From Mytilus californianus (lineage: Eukaryota), in contig NW_026262668.1 of NCBI RefSeq assembly GCF_021869535.1, positions 10,726,001 to 10,790,000 on the forward strand: a stretch of 64,000 bases of DNA, read 5' to 3'. A program made the position numbers and the translations under genes. This document shows, in pieces, positions 12,774 to 25,823 of this stretch. The notes beneath the pieces are model-generated. The model searched no databases and was not told where the DNA came from. It worked only from the letters and a program-made list of their open reading frames with translations. Within the stretch, counting starts at the first letter, position 1; the number at the start of each line of letters is the position of its first letter.

Positions 12774-15065
12774 ATGTCTTTTGTCCCAGTGCTTTGGAAC
12801 CGCTTCAATCAAAGGCAGAATGATTCTGATGACTTGTTCCACTTCATGGATTACTGGAACCCCATGCCCGTAAGCTGGAGTTATGGCCGACCCGTGATTC
12901 AGAGAAGACACAGACCTGAGACTTCACTTGCGGATAGAAAGTGGACCTATAGCGTGAAGATTGGAGACTTCGATGCACAACATGTCAAAGTGAAAGTAGA
13001 GGGTGGTAAGTTTTTATTTTTTCGTCTGCCATGATTATATTTTTGTACAACAAATGGAAGTTTTTAACGACCTTGACTAGCTATACAGCCCTTGCACGGT
13101 CGGTATATTTTTGTACACAGACAAGTGCCATTATTATACCTTACATATATTTCAAACAATTCTATTGGGTAAAACGTTATCACGTGACATGGAATAATTC
13201 AGTTAATTTTCATTCAATTGCAAGGAAGAACGAATAAATTAACCCTAAAAATTTACACTAGCGTTGAATAACCCTATTATTCACCGGCGAATAACCTTTT
13301 TAATTTTTTGATTTGTACTCATGAAAATGACGTCACAGACGTAAATAAACAAAATGGCAAGGTTGAAGTTACAGGAAGCCTATTGATCGAGAGAAGAGGA
13401 AATAAGGTTTTTGACGTGCATCTTGTGCTGATGATATCTCTAATAACGGTCCTTTTCATGGCCATAAATATTTTACAAAAAGAATCTACCTTTGTTGTAC
13501 ATATACGAGACTTCTAAGACACAAATTACATGTATTTTTGAACGTCAACTTGTGTTTGTTATTGACTCAAGTAAGGGCAAGTGCTTTAACAATGATTCAA
13601 AATTCCCTTCCACTGTTAGTTCGGTATAATAAAACAATTGTGGCCCTTAAAAGCGATGAATATCCAAAATTGTCAACCCTTAAATGTTATTTCACTTCGG
13701 GCTGCGCCCTCAGTGAAATAACCTTCTCGTGTTGACAATTTTGGATATTCACCTTTTCAACGGGCCATAATGGCCTACTCCTGATTTAGATTTTTTTGTT
13801 TAGAAGTGATATTCAATGGAGAAAACGAGGGAGCGCTAAAGTAACCATGCATTATGAAATTATTTATTTTATGGTGTTGTATAAGGTATAAGCAGCTGCT
13901 TTTTTTAATTGGGGAGGGGGGGGGGGGGGGTGGGGGGGGGGGGGGGTGGTTGTACGAGATTTATAAATATGAAGGCCAGATGTGGTCTCAATTACCCTTT
14001 TCCCCCTCTTCTTCCGTGTATAGTTTCTTCGTTGAAGCCAGATGTTCACAGACACTTTTCTCATATTTTTTTCCCTTTATACCTTTATATAACACAAACA
14101 CAGTTTTAAGGTATATATGTAAAACTGAGACTAAATCCTGTGTTATTTAAAGGAAGGTATATAGGGGGGGGGGGGGGGGTTGAAACTTAGGCCTGTGACG
14201 ATGTTTTCCAGTTCGAACCAATCCCCGAAGTTCCTAAACAATTATCGTCACATTTCGTCTTTCTTATTACAAGTAAAATTCTGTGACGTAATAAACGAAG
14301 AAAACGATAGTGTGTCGGCGATGTAAACGTTCATGTGTGCACCTGTCCAGTCTACGGTGCTATCGCAATATCATCGACAGCAATATGATTAAGGGACGAC
14401 CATTTAATTTAATTTTTTTTGGGGGTGGGTATATTGTGGACGGATATTAATATAATTTCACCTACTAGTATTTACAATTATATCCTAGATTAATAAAGAA
14501 TGTTACAGAGTTAAAAATGTTCTTGGGCACTAAAACTGTTAAGCACATTTGCAGAGTATTTTTCTTTGTTTCAGGTAAGGTAATTATTCATGCTAAGTAC
14601 ACAGATGGTAATGATGAATGGGGCGATACTGTCGAGCGTACAAGGACAGTCCAGATACCAGAGAATGTTGATGCTGAAAAAATTCACAGCTTCATGAAAT
14701 CGGATGGAACTATGATATTAGAAGCCCCGTACCGTCTTTCAGAGGAAAAGCAACTCCAAGTTGTACCACAAGAAGGTCGTGCCTTGGTGTCAAGCGACAG
14801 TCACAGCAATTTGATGAAATTCAATGTCGAAAATTACCGACCAGAGGAGGTTAAAGTATCTTGCAAAGATGGGATTTTGACAGCCCAAGGAGAACGAAAA
14901 AGGTCAGAAGACGGTCATGAAATTCGTGAGTCGTTTTTTCGTCAAATGACAGTTCCACGGTCTGTGGAGGGGGAAAACATCCAATGCTTTAGAGATGATG
15001 AAGGGAGTCTTACTATCCGTGCACCAACGGTTGAAGATGTTGAAATGGAACAAGTAAAAAAGTAG
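12774..15065 (+). CDS. Small heat-shock protein with two alpha-crystallin domains, copy 2, 240 aa
   Basis: Exons 12774-13005 (g|gtaagt) and 14575-15065 (tttcag|gt) total 723 nt; same intron position and phase as copy 1, roughly 85-90% identical by eye. Confidence 0.92.
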
Positions 15066-15574
15066 ACCCAGGATGAAGTTCAGTTTACTTTCAATTCGTC
15101 ATCTTCACAATTGCGGACTATAAACATTTGAACTCATTACTCTATAATTTTTGTGTTCATTGTTATTGTTTCAGAACGACGAAAAAAGATAATTCTTGTT
15201 TGGATAATTGCGTTAATTCTATTGTGAACCAATCACGGAATTCTTGCAAATATGGATTATTTGTTGTTAAGAACAAAATATTGAGAAAAGCATAAACATT
15301 TGATTAACAATCAGGTGTATTCTGTAATGGAACAATCATTAAATGTTGCATTATTTTAATACAATCATTGACTATTTGTAATGGAACAATCATTGAATAT
15401 TGCATAATTCTAGTTCAATTTAATAAAGCGAACATATTTTTTATTTTATTTACTTTGTTGTTGTCAGAGATAGACATTAAATATCATGTATACAATGTGT
15501 TCATCACTTATTTATCAAAGTTCATGGAAACATTGATTGCTATAATATTGAATTTCAAACTTTGTACAAAAAAG

Positions 15575-15790
15575 AGGCGAAAGATACCAAAGGGACATTC
15601 AAACTAAAGTCGAAGATAAACTGACAACGCCATGACTAAAAACGAAAAAGACAAATACACAAACAACAGTACACAAAACACAACATAGAAAACTAGAGAC
15701 TGAGCAACACGAACCTCACCAAAAACTGGGGGTGATCTCAGGTGCTCTGGAAGGGTTAGCAGATCCTGCTCCACATGTGGCACCCGTAAT
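15575..15790 (-). mobile_element. 3' terminal fragment of a Penelope-like element (others at ~16418-16610 -, 22915-23210 +)
   Basis: gaggcgaaagataccaaagggacattcaaac...gcagatcctgctccacatgtggcacccgt is the reverse complement of the tail of the RT-bearing copy at 37200-37450. Confidence 0.65.
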
Positions 15791-16799
15791 TTAGAATGAT
15801 TTTCATGAGGCCACGGTTAAACTAATTTTAGTTCTTTGATTTCGGTTCGCAAAAGATTTAAACAATTTAAAAACTGAAATCTTTGTTAGCCTCTTCCCAT
15901 GGTCGAAAATTGTGTATAAATGTTTTACAGTTGTATTTGATAAAATACCTGCTCCAGCATTTAGTCAAATTTGAAACTATTTAAGGTTAGTTCCCAATTT
16001 TTCCGTGGATACAGAAATCCTACACCATGCTCAGTTTAAAAGTTATTGCTTGCTGTCACATCTCTTTGTTTTTATGAAATCAAATGAAATTGGTGTGGCC
16101 TGACATGGAAAATCAACCTATCAACTATAAAACTAAAAGTGATATTTAACAAACCCCTCTTTTATAAATGGATATGAAAATAATGAAATGTGTAATGGTC
16201 TGGAATCGGACACCAGGTCCTGTCCATCAAAAGAGCGAACAAATAATTAAACAACTACATTTCACCATACGAATATAAACATTAAACGAAGACATAACTT
16301 GACTATTGACTTAGACATTCACACACAAATGTGGTGGAGTTAAGCGTATGATATTAGAACAAACTAAACTAAAATAAAATTTGGAATGGACTGTCTCATC
16401 AGATCGCTTATAAGCAAAAGAGAGGCGGAAGATACCATAGGGATATTCAAATTCTTATGTCGTAAACAAACTGAGAATGCCATGGCAAAAAAGAAAAATT
16501 ACCAAGAGACGAACAACAGCAACAAGAATACCACAAAAAGCGTGGGTGATCTCAGATGCTCCGGCAGGGTAATCAGATCCTTGCTGCTCCAAATGTGACA
16601 CCCGTCATGTTACTCCTATAGAATATGTTCATAAATTATATCAAGGATTAAGCATCACCCAATAGCGTTTATGTAAATTTTTCTTACTCGAAACTTGACC
16701 GAATGTGACATTTTGAAATTGTAACAATTTTTTTAATCATAAAGGATAGACAAGACTGTTACCAGTATTATCATCACAGCCATTCAAAAAATAAAAAAG

Positions 16800-17525
16800 A
16801 ACAAAGAACAACGCGAAAAACTAAAAAAAAAAGAACAGCACGGACCCCTTTTTAACAAATCTAGTGGTGATTTCATGTGCTCAAGAAGGATAAACAGATC
16901 TTGATCCACACGTGGCACCCATCGTGTTCCTCATGTAAGTACAAAATAGGTGTTAAGTCTTAATTCGGCAGGTCACATTCGAGGGAAAGAGGACAGGATT
17001 GTGGTTACAATTTGAACATATCCGTAGTCATGTTTGAAACAGAAATCCATAGCGGCCAACCAACTGGTGATGTCGTCCGTAAAATTTTTGAAGGGATGAC
17101 TTCAACTTCACCACTTGGAACTCCTAGTTCAATATCTTCCTTGTAAGCAGCAACACTCTTTCAAGAAAATCATGATAGGAAATGCAAGTTCTGGATTATA
17201 GTATCAACTGTGAGATACATACTCATTTGCAAGCGCTGTTGGATTGTTGCTATATAGAAATGGAAAGTTCACTACTGGGAAGCTGAAACCATCTCTTTTG
17301 TCGTAAAGTTTTATTCTCAACCAACCCTCGTTGTCAGTATCTAGATGTAAGTTAAGATATGAGGCAATGAGGATATCATGTATCTGTTGTATACTTTAGT
17401 TCAATGGGATAGATGCGTTCAATATAGTCACCAATAGCAAACTTTGAATTATTTGATGAGAGGATATCATCTATATAGCGGAACATGCAATTAAAGGATA
17501 ATGCTAGCTTCTTTTCATTCTTCAT
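16800..17525 (-). mobile_element. Penelope-like retroelement, decayed RT C-terminal half
   Basis: Minus strand reads ...LALSFNCMFRYIDDIL... (RYIDD at 17480-17466), followed by the YDKRDGF and SQLI-type segments, homologous to 36838-37450. Confidence 0.7.
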
Positions 17526-18983
17526 TAGAAAAAATTAAAATCACAAAGATACTGAACTCCGAGGAAAATTCAAAAAGGAAAGTCCCTAATCAAATGGCAA
17601 AATCAATAGCTCAAACGCATCAAACGAATGGATAACAACTGTCATATTCCTGACTTGGTACAGGCATTTTCTTATGTAGAAAATGGTGGATTGAACCTGG
17701 TTTTATAGCTAGCTAAACCTCTCACTTGTATGACAGTCGCATCAAATTCTATTATATTGACAACGATGCGTGAACAAAACAAACAGACATAATAGGTAAA
17801 AATGTCGAAAATAGGGGTACAGCAGTCAACATTGTGTCATCATCTTAATCACTATAAAAACAAACAAATGTAACAAAGAAGCACAAAAAGGCATACATCA
17901 AATTTAACATCCTCATTTTGCTTTTTTATTATACGATTTTATTTATCTATGTAAAATCCACCAATAAAGGATGGAAGGTTTTAAGTACTGGCGTAGAATC
18001 GCGCGTTTGACGTCACACAGGTAGATATAAAAAAAATGTCTTTCAAAATATGACGGGATACATAAGTACAGAGTCACGTCAAATGGATATCACAAAAACA
18101 GACTTAACAGTAAAAGTAATATATTAATAAAATAAAATAATTTTGTCGTTCAAAGTATGACGGGATACATAATGGATATCACAAAAACAGACTTAACAGT
18201 AAAAGTAATATTAATAAAGACAAATAAAAGAATACTATAACACGTTATTAAGATGATAAACAACGTCAGTACGCAGAATCTATACTTCAAGACCATCGTG
18301 TATTATTTGTGAAGTTGATACGGAATATTTATCAACAAGGTCTTGGTACCTTCCAATGAACTTTTTTAGAAAAAATGACGAGACGTTTCTGTAGAAATTT
18401 CTGTATAAAGTCAGCCTCAAATGAAAAAGGTCGACGAAGAAGAGGAGCACGGTTGTTTCCTATTGGAACGACGATTGTTTGTTGAAAAAACATCCCCAAA
18501 ACGTAACAAATATGTTGTCAATCAAGAAATCAAGCATCTTAACAAATAAACCAAAAAAAGTACTGATATATGAGTACTCACATGCAGATACTGAAAGCTA
18601 GTCAAAAGCCAAATTTCAACAAAAAATACACATTGTTTCCCTTAGACTTAAATATTAATCAATACACCTTTAAGGAATCGGATACAGTGTTAAAGCAGTC
18701 TGGGAATAAACATGACTTTGGTTAATGCTTAACTATAAGTACCGGGAAAATGTAGGATCATCAATGTTAATGACTTAATAACAATACATCTTTAGTTTTG
18801 AAAAAAATCACAATATCACATCTACATATTTGTATTTGAGGTTCTAAAAATATATATATACTATTAGGATTATTTTCAAACAGATCATTAAATTGTAAAC
18901 TCCTGCAAATAGCCCAGACCCGCCTTTAGACACATTTTGGCAAATTTAAAGTATTTATCCAAAAATGTATAACGACATCGTTG

Positions 18984-19795
18984 AAGGGGCATTAGCTGTC
19001 AAATTCATGTTCACGAAATTGACTATAATTCTCATATTTGATTTATAACATACTAAGACGTATATCCAAATAATAAAAAGTCTAAAATATACAATTTACG
19101 ATGCACGGACTTGATAATATGTGTCAGAATTTCGTGTATATTTTAGTCTGGACGCCATTTAATTAACCATCGAGGTGACCTCCGAAGACTGCCGACGGTC
19201 ATATAACCCGATATAAACATAAACATAGATATAAATAGATAGCGAACTCGTGCAATTGGATTTTTCTACGTCTGTATGATTTCATATAATAGGTTTAAAA
19301 AATATGTTAATAATCGTTTTTACCTGTATAAGAATGGGTTTTGTAGATTGAATCAACCAACCAAATGGTTTACCCTTGTTTAACTTCCAATGTTGACATA
19401 TTTTCTTTCTAATAGTTGAGCACGCCTAGTTCATGAGTAACCCATCTCTAGCTAAGGGGTTCTATTGAAGTTCACATGAATACGGATTTAATTTGGCCTT
19501 TTTTAATTTTTCTGATTCGAGCGTCACTGACGAGTCTTTTGTAGACGAAACGCGCGTCTGGCGCAAATACAAAATTTCAATCCTGGTATCTATGATGAGT
19601 TTATTAATGAGGTCGAATTATTCACTTGCAAGTGAATAATTTATTAGCGATGTTTATTTGCTTATTTTGACAAAACAGAACCAAACTGGCTGCTAAAAGC
19701 GAATCATTATATCACTATTTCACTTTCATTAATGATTGAACGAAAAAAAAATCACTTTTTATTTTTTCCTATATCTCGTAGCTAATGCCCCTTTA
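18984..19795. mobile_element. MITE with AAGGGGCATTAGCT terminal inverted repeats at a TTAA-like site (Kolobok/piggyBac-like)
   Basis: Left aaggggcattagct (~18984), right agctaatgcccctttaa (~19780-19796). A reverse-oriented partial copy starts ttaaagggggcattgctacg at ~36222 and shares the gacgccat...ccatcgag...ccgaaga block at ~36710-36760. Confidence 0.6.
19521..19564 (+). ncRNA. Type I minimal hammerhead ribozyme (Penelope-type, palindromic stem III loop)
   Basis: gcgtca CTGACGA gtct-tttgt-agac GAAA c-gcgc-g TC^ tggcgc: intact core CUGANGA/GAAA/UH, 4-bp stem II, stem I gcgtca:tggcgc, predicted cleavage after 19558. Confidence 0.8.
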
Positions 19796-20037
19796 AGCAA
19801 AAGAAAAAAAAAAGTATTTTAGTAAGAGGAATCTCTCAAGTTCTAACAAGTATCATTTGCAAATTTATTATCAACATGCCTTCAACAGCAACATGTAGCC
19901 CAAATAAAATTTTGATTTACTTATAGTTTATTTGAAAACATGATATACAAAATTTGATTGCATAATCATCCAAAATTGGTATTCTGAAACAAGATTGTCG
20001 TGTATATTTGATCAGTCCACATATAGATAGGTACATC

Positions 20038-20367
20038 GGTAGGACTTGTAGACGTACAAGGGCTGATATAACTAGCAGATGTGCATAGAGAATATCATAT
20101 GGTTTTTTCAATATCACACACCGTATCAACACTCAACCTATATAAAACATATGATATTCTCTATGCAGATGTGCATAGAGAATATCATATGGCTTTTTCA
20201 ATATCACACACCGTATCAACACTCAACCTATATAATCCCTCGAGCAGAGCTCTAGGGATTATATTGGTGTCTCGGGTTGATACGGATGTGATATTGAAAA
20301 AGCCATATGATATTCTCTATGCACATCTGCTAGTTATATCAGCCTTTGTACGTCTACAAGTCCTACC
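20038..20367. mobile_element. Fold-back MITE (~20172-20322) with an inverted duplicate of its end and flank, plus a 20-bp perfect hairpin
   Basis: 20041-20130 is the reverse complement of 20276-20363. catatgatattctctatgca-gatg-tgcatagagaatatcatatg at 20148-20191. Inner hairpin tataatccct...agggattata. Confidence 0.75.
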
Positions 20368-20925
20368 AACCTTTACACATCTGTCAGTTCTATCAACCTT
20401 TGCACATCTGTCAGTCCTATCAACCATTGCACATCTGTCAGTCCAATCAACCTTTTCACATCTGCCAGTCCTGCCAACCTTTGCACATCTGTCAATCCTA
20501 TCAACTTTTGCACATCTGTCAGTCCAATCAACCTTTGCACATCTGTAAGTCATATCAACCTTTGCAAATCTGTCAGTCCTACCAACCTTTTCACATGTCA
20601 GTCCTATCAACCTTTGCACATCTGTCAGTCCTATCAACCTTTGCACATCTGTCATTCCTATCAACCTTTGCACATAGAACAGTCCAATCAACCGTTGCAC
20701 ATCTGTCAGTCCTATAAACCTCTGTACATCTGCCATTCCTATCAACCTCTGTACTTCTGCCAGTCCAATCAACCTGCACACATCTGTCAGGTCCTATCAA
20801 CCTTTGCACATCTGTCAGCCAGTCAACCTTTGCACATCTGTCAGCCAGTCAACCTTTGCACATCTGTCAGTTCTATCAACCTTTGCATATATGCCAGTCC
20901 TATCAATATTTGCACATATGCACAT
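20355..20925. repeat. 27-bp minisatellite array 3
   Basis: Same unit as arrays 1 and 2; single-base indels break the frames. The 3' flank is homologous to that of array 2. Confidence 0.92.
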
Positions 20926-21965
20926 ACACAGGTACGACTAATGTTGTAAAAGATTGACACCTTTCTTTTATTTGTTATTCATACCACGTAATGAAAAAGA
21001 CCGTATTGACCTATGATAATATGAATAAATACATATATTATAAATATAATTTCTAATGAGTTGAATACAAGATGAGGATGTTGGATTGGTACTTAACGTC
21101 CAGTGGTAAATATTACATGCATATCAGGACGGGATAATGTTAACGTGCTATGCATATGAACACTTCTTTGTATTAGACCGACACGCAGAGCCGAATTTTT
21201 AACGTGCTTGTTCACAAGGTAAATGTACACATAAAGACATGCCACCCTGCCTGAACACAATATTACGAATAGTCTTTGCACTTACTCCTCAATTCCGAGT
21301 GTTGAGCGGAGAAGCTGTAAATACCAATTTTCAACTCTTCGGTTTGAACCGACAAGGTACCGAACCCTTCTATGAGACCACTGAGGCGGTTTCTAATTCA
21401 AGGTGTTTACTTTCAATATATTATTATATAAAACGATCAATGATATTCAACAAACCATGAAATTGTTTAAACTTTGAATTATCGTTAAAGAGTTTTTTAA
21501 GGGAAGGTATATTTTACTTTAATGGTGTCACTTAGTTGTTTATGTGGTAACGAATGGAATTGCCTAATTCGAAACATCACTTCCGACCAGGAATAATGTT
21601 GACATTTTGATACAGTTAAAGGGTCCGTGTCATAACATACTGGAACATAAAGTTTGCCGAAGCTTGATTTAACAGCAGACATGTTTTTATCGTAAACTGA
21701 GTATTGTATTCTATTCAACTGTTTGTGTTCACTCAACAGGATAAACGTATTGAAGTTATAGGATCTACCAACATATATACAGGTATTTAACTTTTCATCT
21801 GTAAGTTTTTTGTGTAATTGTTCATAATGTCAATGATTACAAATGTTTAAGCAATTAAAAATTTCGTACCAATATCGTATTGCCCGAAAGACATTTGCTT
21901 TTGGTTTTAACAATTTCAATTCCGTACTTTTACAATCTTTTATAAACAGGCTATTACATAGCATC

Positions 21966-22051
21966 AACTATGTCTAGAGAGCTAGCCTTATCCCGAACGG
22001 ACAACAACTATGTCTAGAGAGATAGCCTTATCCCGAACAGACAACAACTAT
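21966..22051. repeat. 40-bp tandem duplication
   Basis: caactatgtctagagagctagccttatcccgaacggacaa x2 plus a partial third start. Confidence 0.8.
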
Positions 22052-22114
22052 TCTTGGTTTGAACTGGGAGTTCATTGTGTACTTCGTTTGTCTAAAACAT
22101 ATATGTTAGTACCA

Positions 22115-22905
22115 GCTTAACCACATAAAAACGTTCAAAGCGTCAGCTTATCAACAGAACACAATGATATAATGTGAGCTTAACCACAGAACTACGTACA
22201 AAGCGTCAGCTTACCGACAGAACACAATGGTATGTTAGATTAACCACAGAACTACATACAAAGCGTCAGATCATCAACAGAACAACGTAGTATAATGTGA
22301 GATTAACCACAGAACTACGCACAAAGCGTCATCTTACTAACAGAACACAATGGTATAATGTGAGCTAAACCAAAGAACTACGTACAAAGCGTCAGCTTAC
22401 CAACAGAACACAATGGTATAATGTAAGATTAATCAGAGAATAACGTACAAAGCGTCAGATCATCAACAGAACACAATTGTATTATGTGAGATTTATAACA
22501 ACAGAGCTACGTACAAAGCGTCAGATCATCAATAGAACAACGTAGTATAATGTGAGATTAACCACAGAACTACGCACAAAGCGTCATCCTACTAACAGAA
22601 CACAATGGTATAATGTGAGCTAAACCAAAGAACTACGTACAAAGCGTCAGCTTACCAACAGAACACAATGGTATAATGTGAGATTAATCACAGAACTACG
22701 TGCAAAGCGTTAGCTTGCCAACAGAATACAATGGTATAATGTTAGATTAACCACATAATAACGTACAAAGCGTCAGATCATCAACAGAACACAATTGTAT
22801 TATGTGAGATTTATAACAACAGAGCTACGTACAAAGCGTCAGATCATCAATAGAACAACGTAGTACAATGTGAGATTAACCACAGAACTACGTACAAAGC
22901 GACAA
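22115..22905. repeat. ~62-bp tandem satellite, ~12-13 copies, with higher-order blocks
   Basis: Unit ttaaccacagaactacgtacaaagcgtcagcttaccaacagaacacaatggtataatgtgaga; variant blocks recur at offsets of ~256 and ~316 bp. Confidence 0.9.
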
Positions 22906-25244
22906 ATTATCAACAGAATACCAATTGTCGTTACTAAAATCCCGTCCATTTTCCCCCAATATGACCTACCGAATGAGATTTATCCCTGGGTTTGTACTTA
23001 CATTAACAACACGACGGGTGCCACTAGTGGAGCAGGATCTGCTTACCCTTCCGGAGCACCTGAGATCACCGCCGGTTTTGGTGGGGTTGTGTTTTGTTTA
23101 CTGTTGTTTTGTTTTTCGTCGTTTTTCGTTTTTTGCCACGGTATTGTCTGCTTGTTTTCAACCTATGAGTTTGAATATCCCTTTGGTATCTTTTTCCTCT
23201 CTTTTGCTATTATGATGAAATTTATGCAAGAATTCATCATTATTGTGAACAGGAATCCTTTAAAAATGCAAGAAAATATGGTTGGTGAACACATTAACTT
23301 CATTTTTAATATAAAAAAAAAACATAGATCCCGGTACTTTTGTTATACGTTTTCAGGTAATGATAAATGTCAAATAACTATAAAAATTCCAACAAAAGTA
23401 ACTCTGAGTATCTTATAGATACAATAAGATACTTTTTCATAAGGAAAATGCAATTGAAACAAAGAAAAGCAAAAAATATTCAGGCCGACGCTGTCGCCAT
23501 TAAAGTACCCGACGAAATGCACCGTGTTTGACTGCTGTACCCCTATTTTTGACATTTTTACCTATTATGTCTGTTTGTTTTGTTCACACATCGTTGTCAA
23601 TATAATGGAATTTTATACGACTGTCATACAAGTGAGAAGTTCAGCTAGCTATAAAACTAGGTTTGATCCACCATTTTCTACTTAAGAAAATGCCTGTACC
23701 AAGTCAGGAATATGACAGTTGTTATCCAATCGTTTGATGTGTTTGAGCTTTTGATTTTGACATTTGATTAGGGACATTCCGTTTTGAATTTTCCTCGGAT
23801 TTCAGTATTTTTGTGATTTTACTTTTTTTTTGTACATTGCGTTTGGTACCATTCTTACTTCAAACCAACGGGACAGATACATTTAAAGCAAACATTTTTT
23901 AATTTGACTAGTTTTATATTTCCTTTTTCTGTATTTTGTTTTTTTTTTTCACGGAATAATGATTAGGTGTATTTTGGTTATGTATGTCGCTGGGATATGG
24001 TCTCATTACATATACCCGACATCTCCTTAATTAATATGTTAAGGCAATCAAAACCCTAGTTACTTTTCATAAGCTGTATAGTTATTTTCATGAAGACACT
24101 AATCAAAAATGACTAGCGGCCGATTTATGTTCAAACAAAACATCAACGTAATTTTGCACGCAAATGCTTGGATTCATATGCTAATTGAATGATATTTCCA
24201 AGAGATGAATTTGTTAGCAAGATATTCGAATGTTGAGTAACATCTGCGGCTCTTTTCATAAAAAATATTAAGAGTAAAAATATTCGTAAGATCCACAGAA
24301 GTTCTGTGCATACAAAAATATAACGAATTTTCGAAATAATTTCTAAATTTTCTAAATAAGGAAATTCCTGTACCAAGTCAGGAATATGACAGTTGTTTTC
24401 CATTCGTTTGATGTGTTTGAGCTTTTGATTTTGCCATTTGATAAGGGACTTTCCGTTTTGAGTTTTCCTTGGATATCGGTATTTTTGTTATTTTACTTTT
24501 CATCGATTATTTGATGATTTCGCATCTGAACATATTTTGATGATTTCGCATCTGGATATTTATTGTTATTTCAAAAGAAGCTTTTTGGTGAGATTAAATT
24601 AAATCATATTTTAAACAAATTGTTACCAATCTTTATGCAAAACACTTTCATTTTGTGAAAGCTAAAAAATCTTCAAATATACCAAGCTTATAATTATTTG
24701 ACGCAGGACGCACGTTCCTGTATTCAACAGACTCACCAGTGACGCATGTAAACATAGAGGTGCTGACAACTGGGCTAACTCATCAAATGTACTACGGTGA
24801 TCTCAGGTGCTCTAGAGTTGTGTTACTCATATAAATTACGTTGACAAGTTATATCATTTGATTAGGCATCACATACTAGCGGAGTGGTTATTGACTCTTA
24901 TCTAACACTAAGACATCACAAAATTAATAGTTTACTTTACTTTAAAATGTTTTGTGTATTACGACCCTACTACATGTAATTTAAATCATCAATTATTTTA
25001 ACTGTTCGTTGGTGTCGTTAAGTACATGATTAGATATATAAATAAACCAACAAACTTCGCTAGTCTTCTGTGTTAACGAACACATTTTGACCCTAATATA
25101 TGAATGTGCACCCTATTATATATCTTTGTTTACGACATATGGTTTAGAAAGACAAAACGGGGATGTAAGAACGTAAACCTGGCTTAACCCTAACATTTTG
25201 TACCTGTGTAACCGGAGAGCATGATTCGTATTACAAAATCATCT

Positions 25245-25345
25245 CCTCCGGAATTCCAACCGGGACCTCTGTGTTACAGGGCAGCGCTCTAACCGACTGA
25301 GATAAAGAAGTACTTCCCTAGCTCAACCGCTTACGGCTGGCTAAG
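25245..25345 (-). mobile_element. tRNA-derived SINE head or tRNA pseudogene
   Basis: Minus strand tctcagtcggttagagcgctgccctGTAacacagaggtcccggttggaattccgg: A-box, GTA anticodon-like loop, degenerate B-box; no full acceptor stem seen. Confidence 0.55.
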
Positions 25346-25823
25346 TATCTACTATATGTACTAATGGAAGCAATCCCGTCACACCTGTTCCAATTAAACC
25401 ATATGTTGTTGTTTGTTGTTTTTTGTCTTTGATTAAATTTAATTTTGTCAGAAAAATATAGAGTTGGTGGTTGATGTGGTCTGTTGTAATGTCCATTATT
25501 TTTTTGTTCCCGTTAAACTTTTTTATGTATCATTGTCATTATTGTCATAACTACAACTGGATCGCGAAAATTTCGAAAATAGAACCACGAAAGACACACA
25601 CGCACAATAAAAAAATATTTCAGTAAAGGAAATTAGAAATACCACCTCAAGACTCTTCACAGTACAAACCTGCCATAGAATATATGCCTACATATATTAT
25701 AAACAGGACAGTCTTCATAGTCAATAAAATGCTTGGTTCAATATAATTATGGATTCTAAGATCAAATGCAAAATGTAAAGTTCGTTCAAATTAGATGCTT
25801 ATAATTTCAAACGAGTCTTTCAA

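Noticed and set aside
13864-14150. Poly-Gly / poly-Pro ORFs
   Set aside because: Translations of a G homopolymer inside the sHSP2 intron.
22115-22905. CRISPR-like array
   Set aside because: Head-to-tail satellite with no unique spacers; eukaryotic context; no cas genes.
25245-25310. Functional tRNA-Tyr gene
   Set aside because: B-box degenerate (ggttggaattcc) and no complete acceptor stem; treated as a SINE head.
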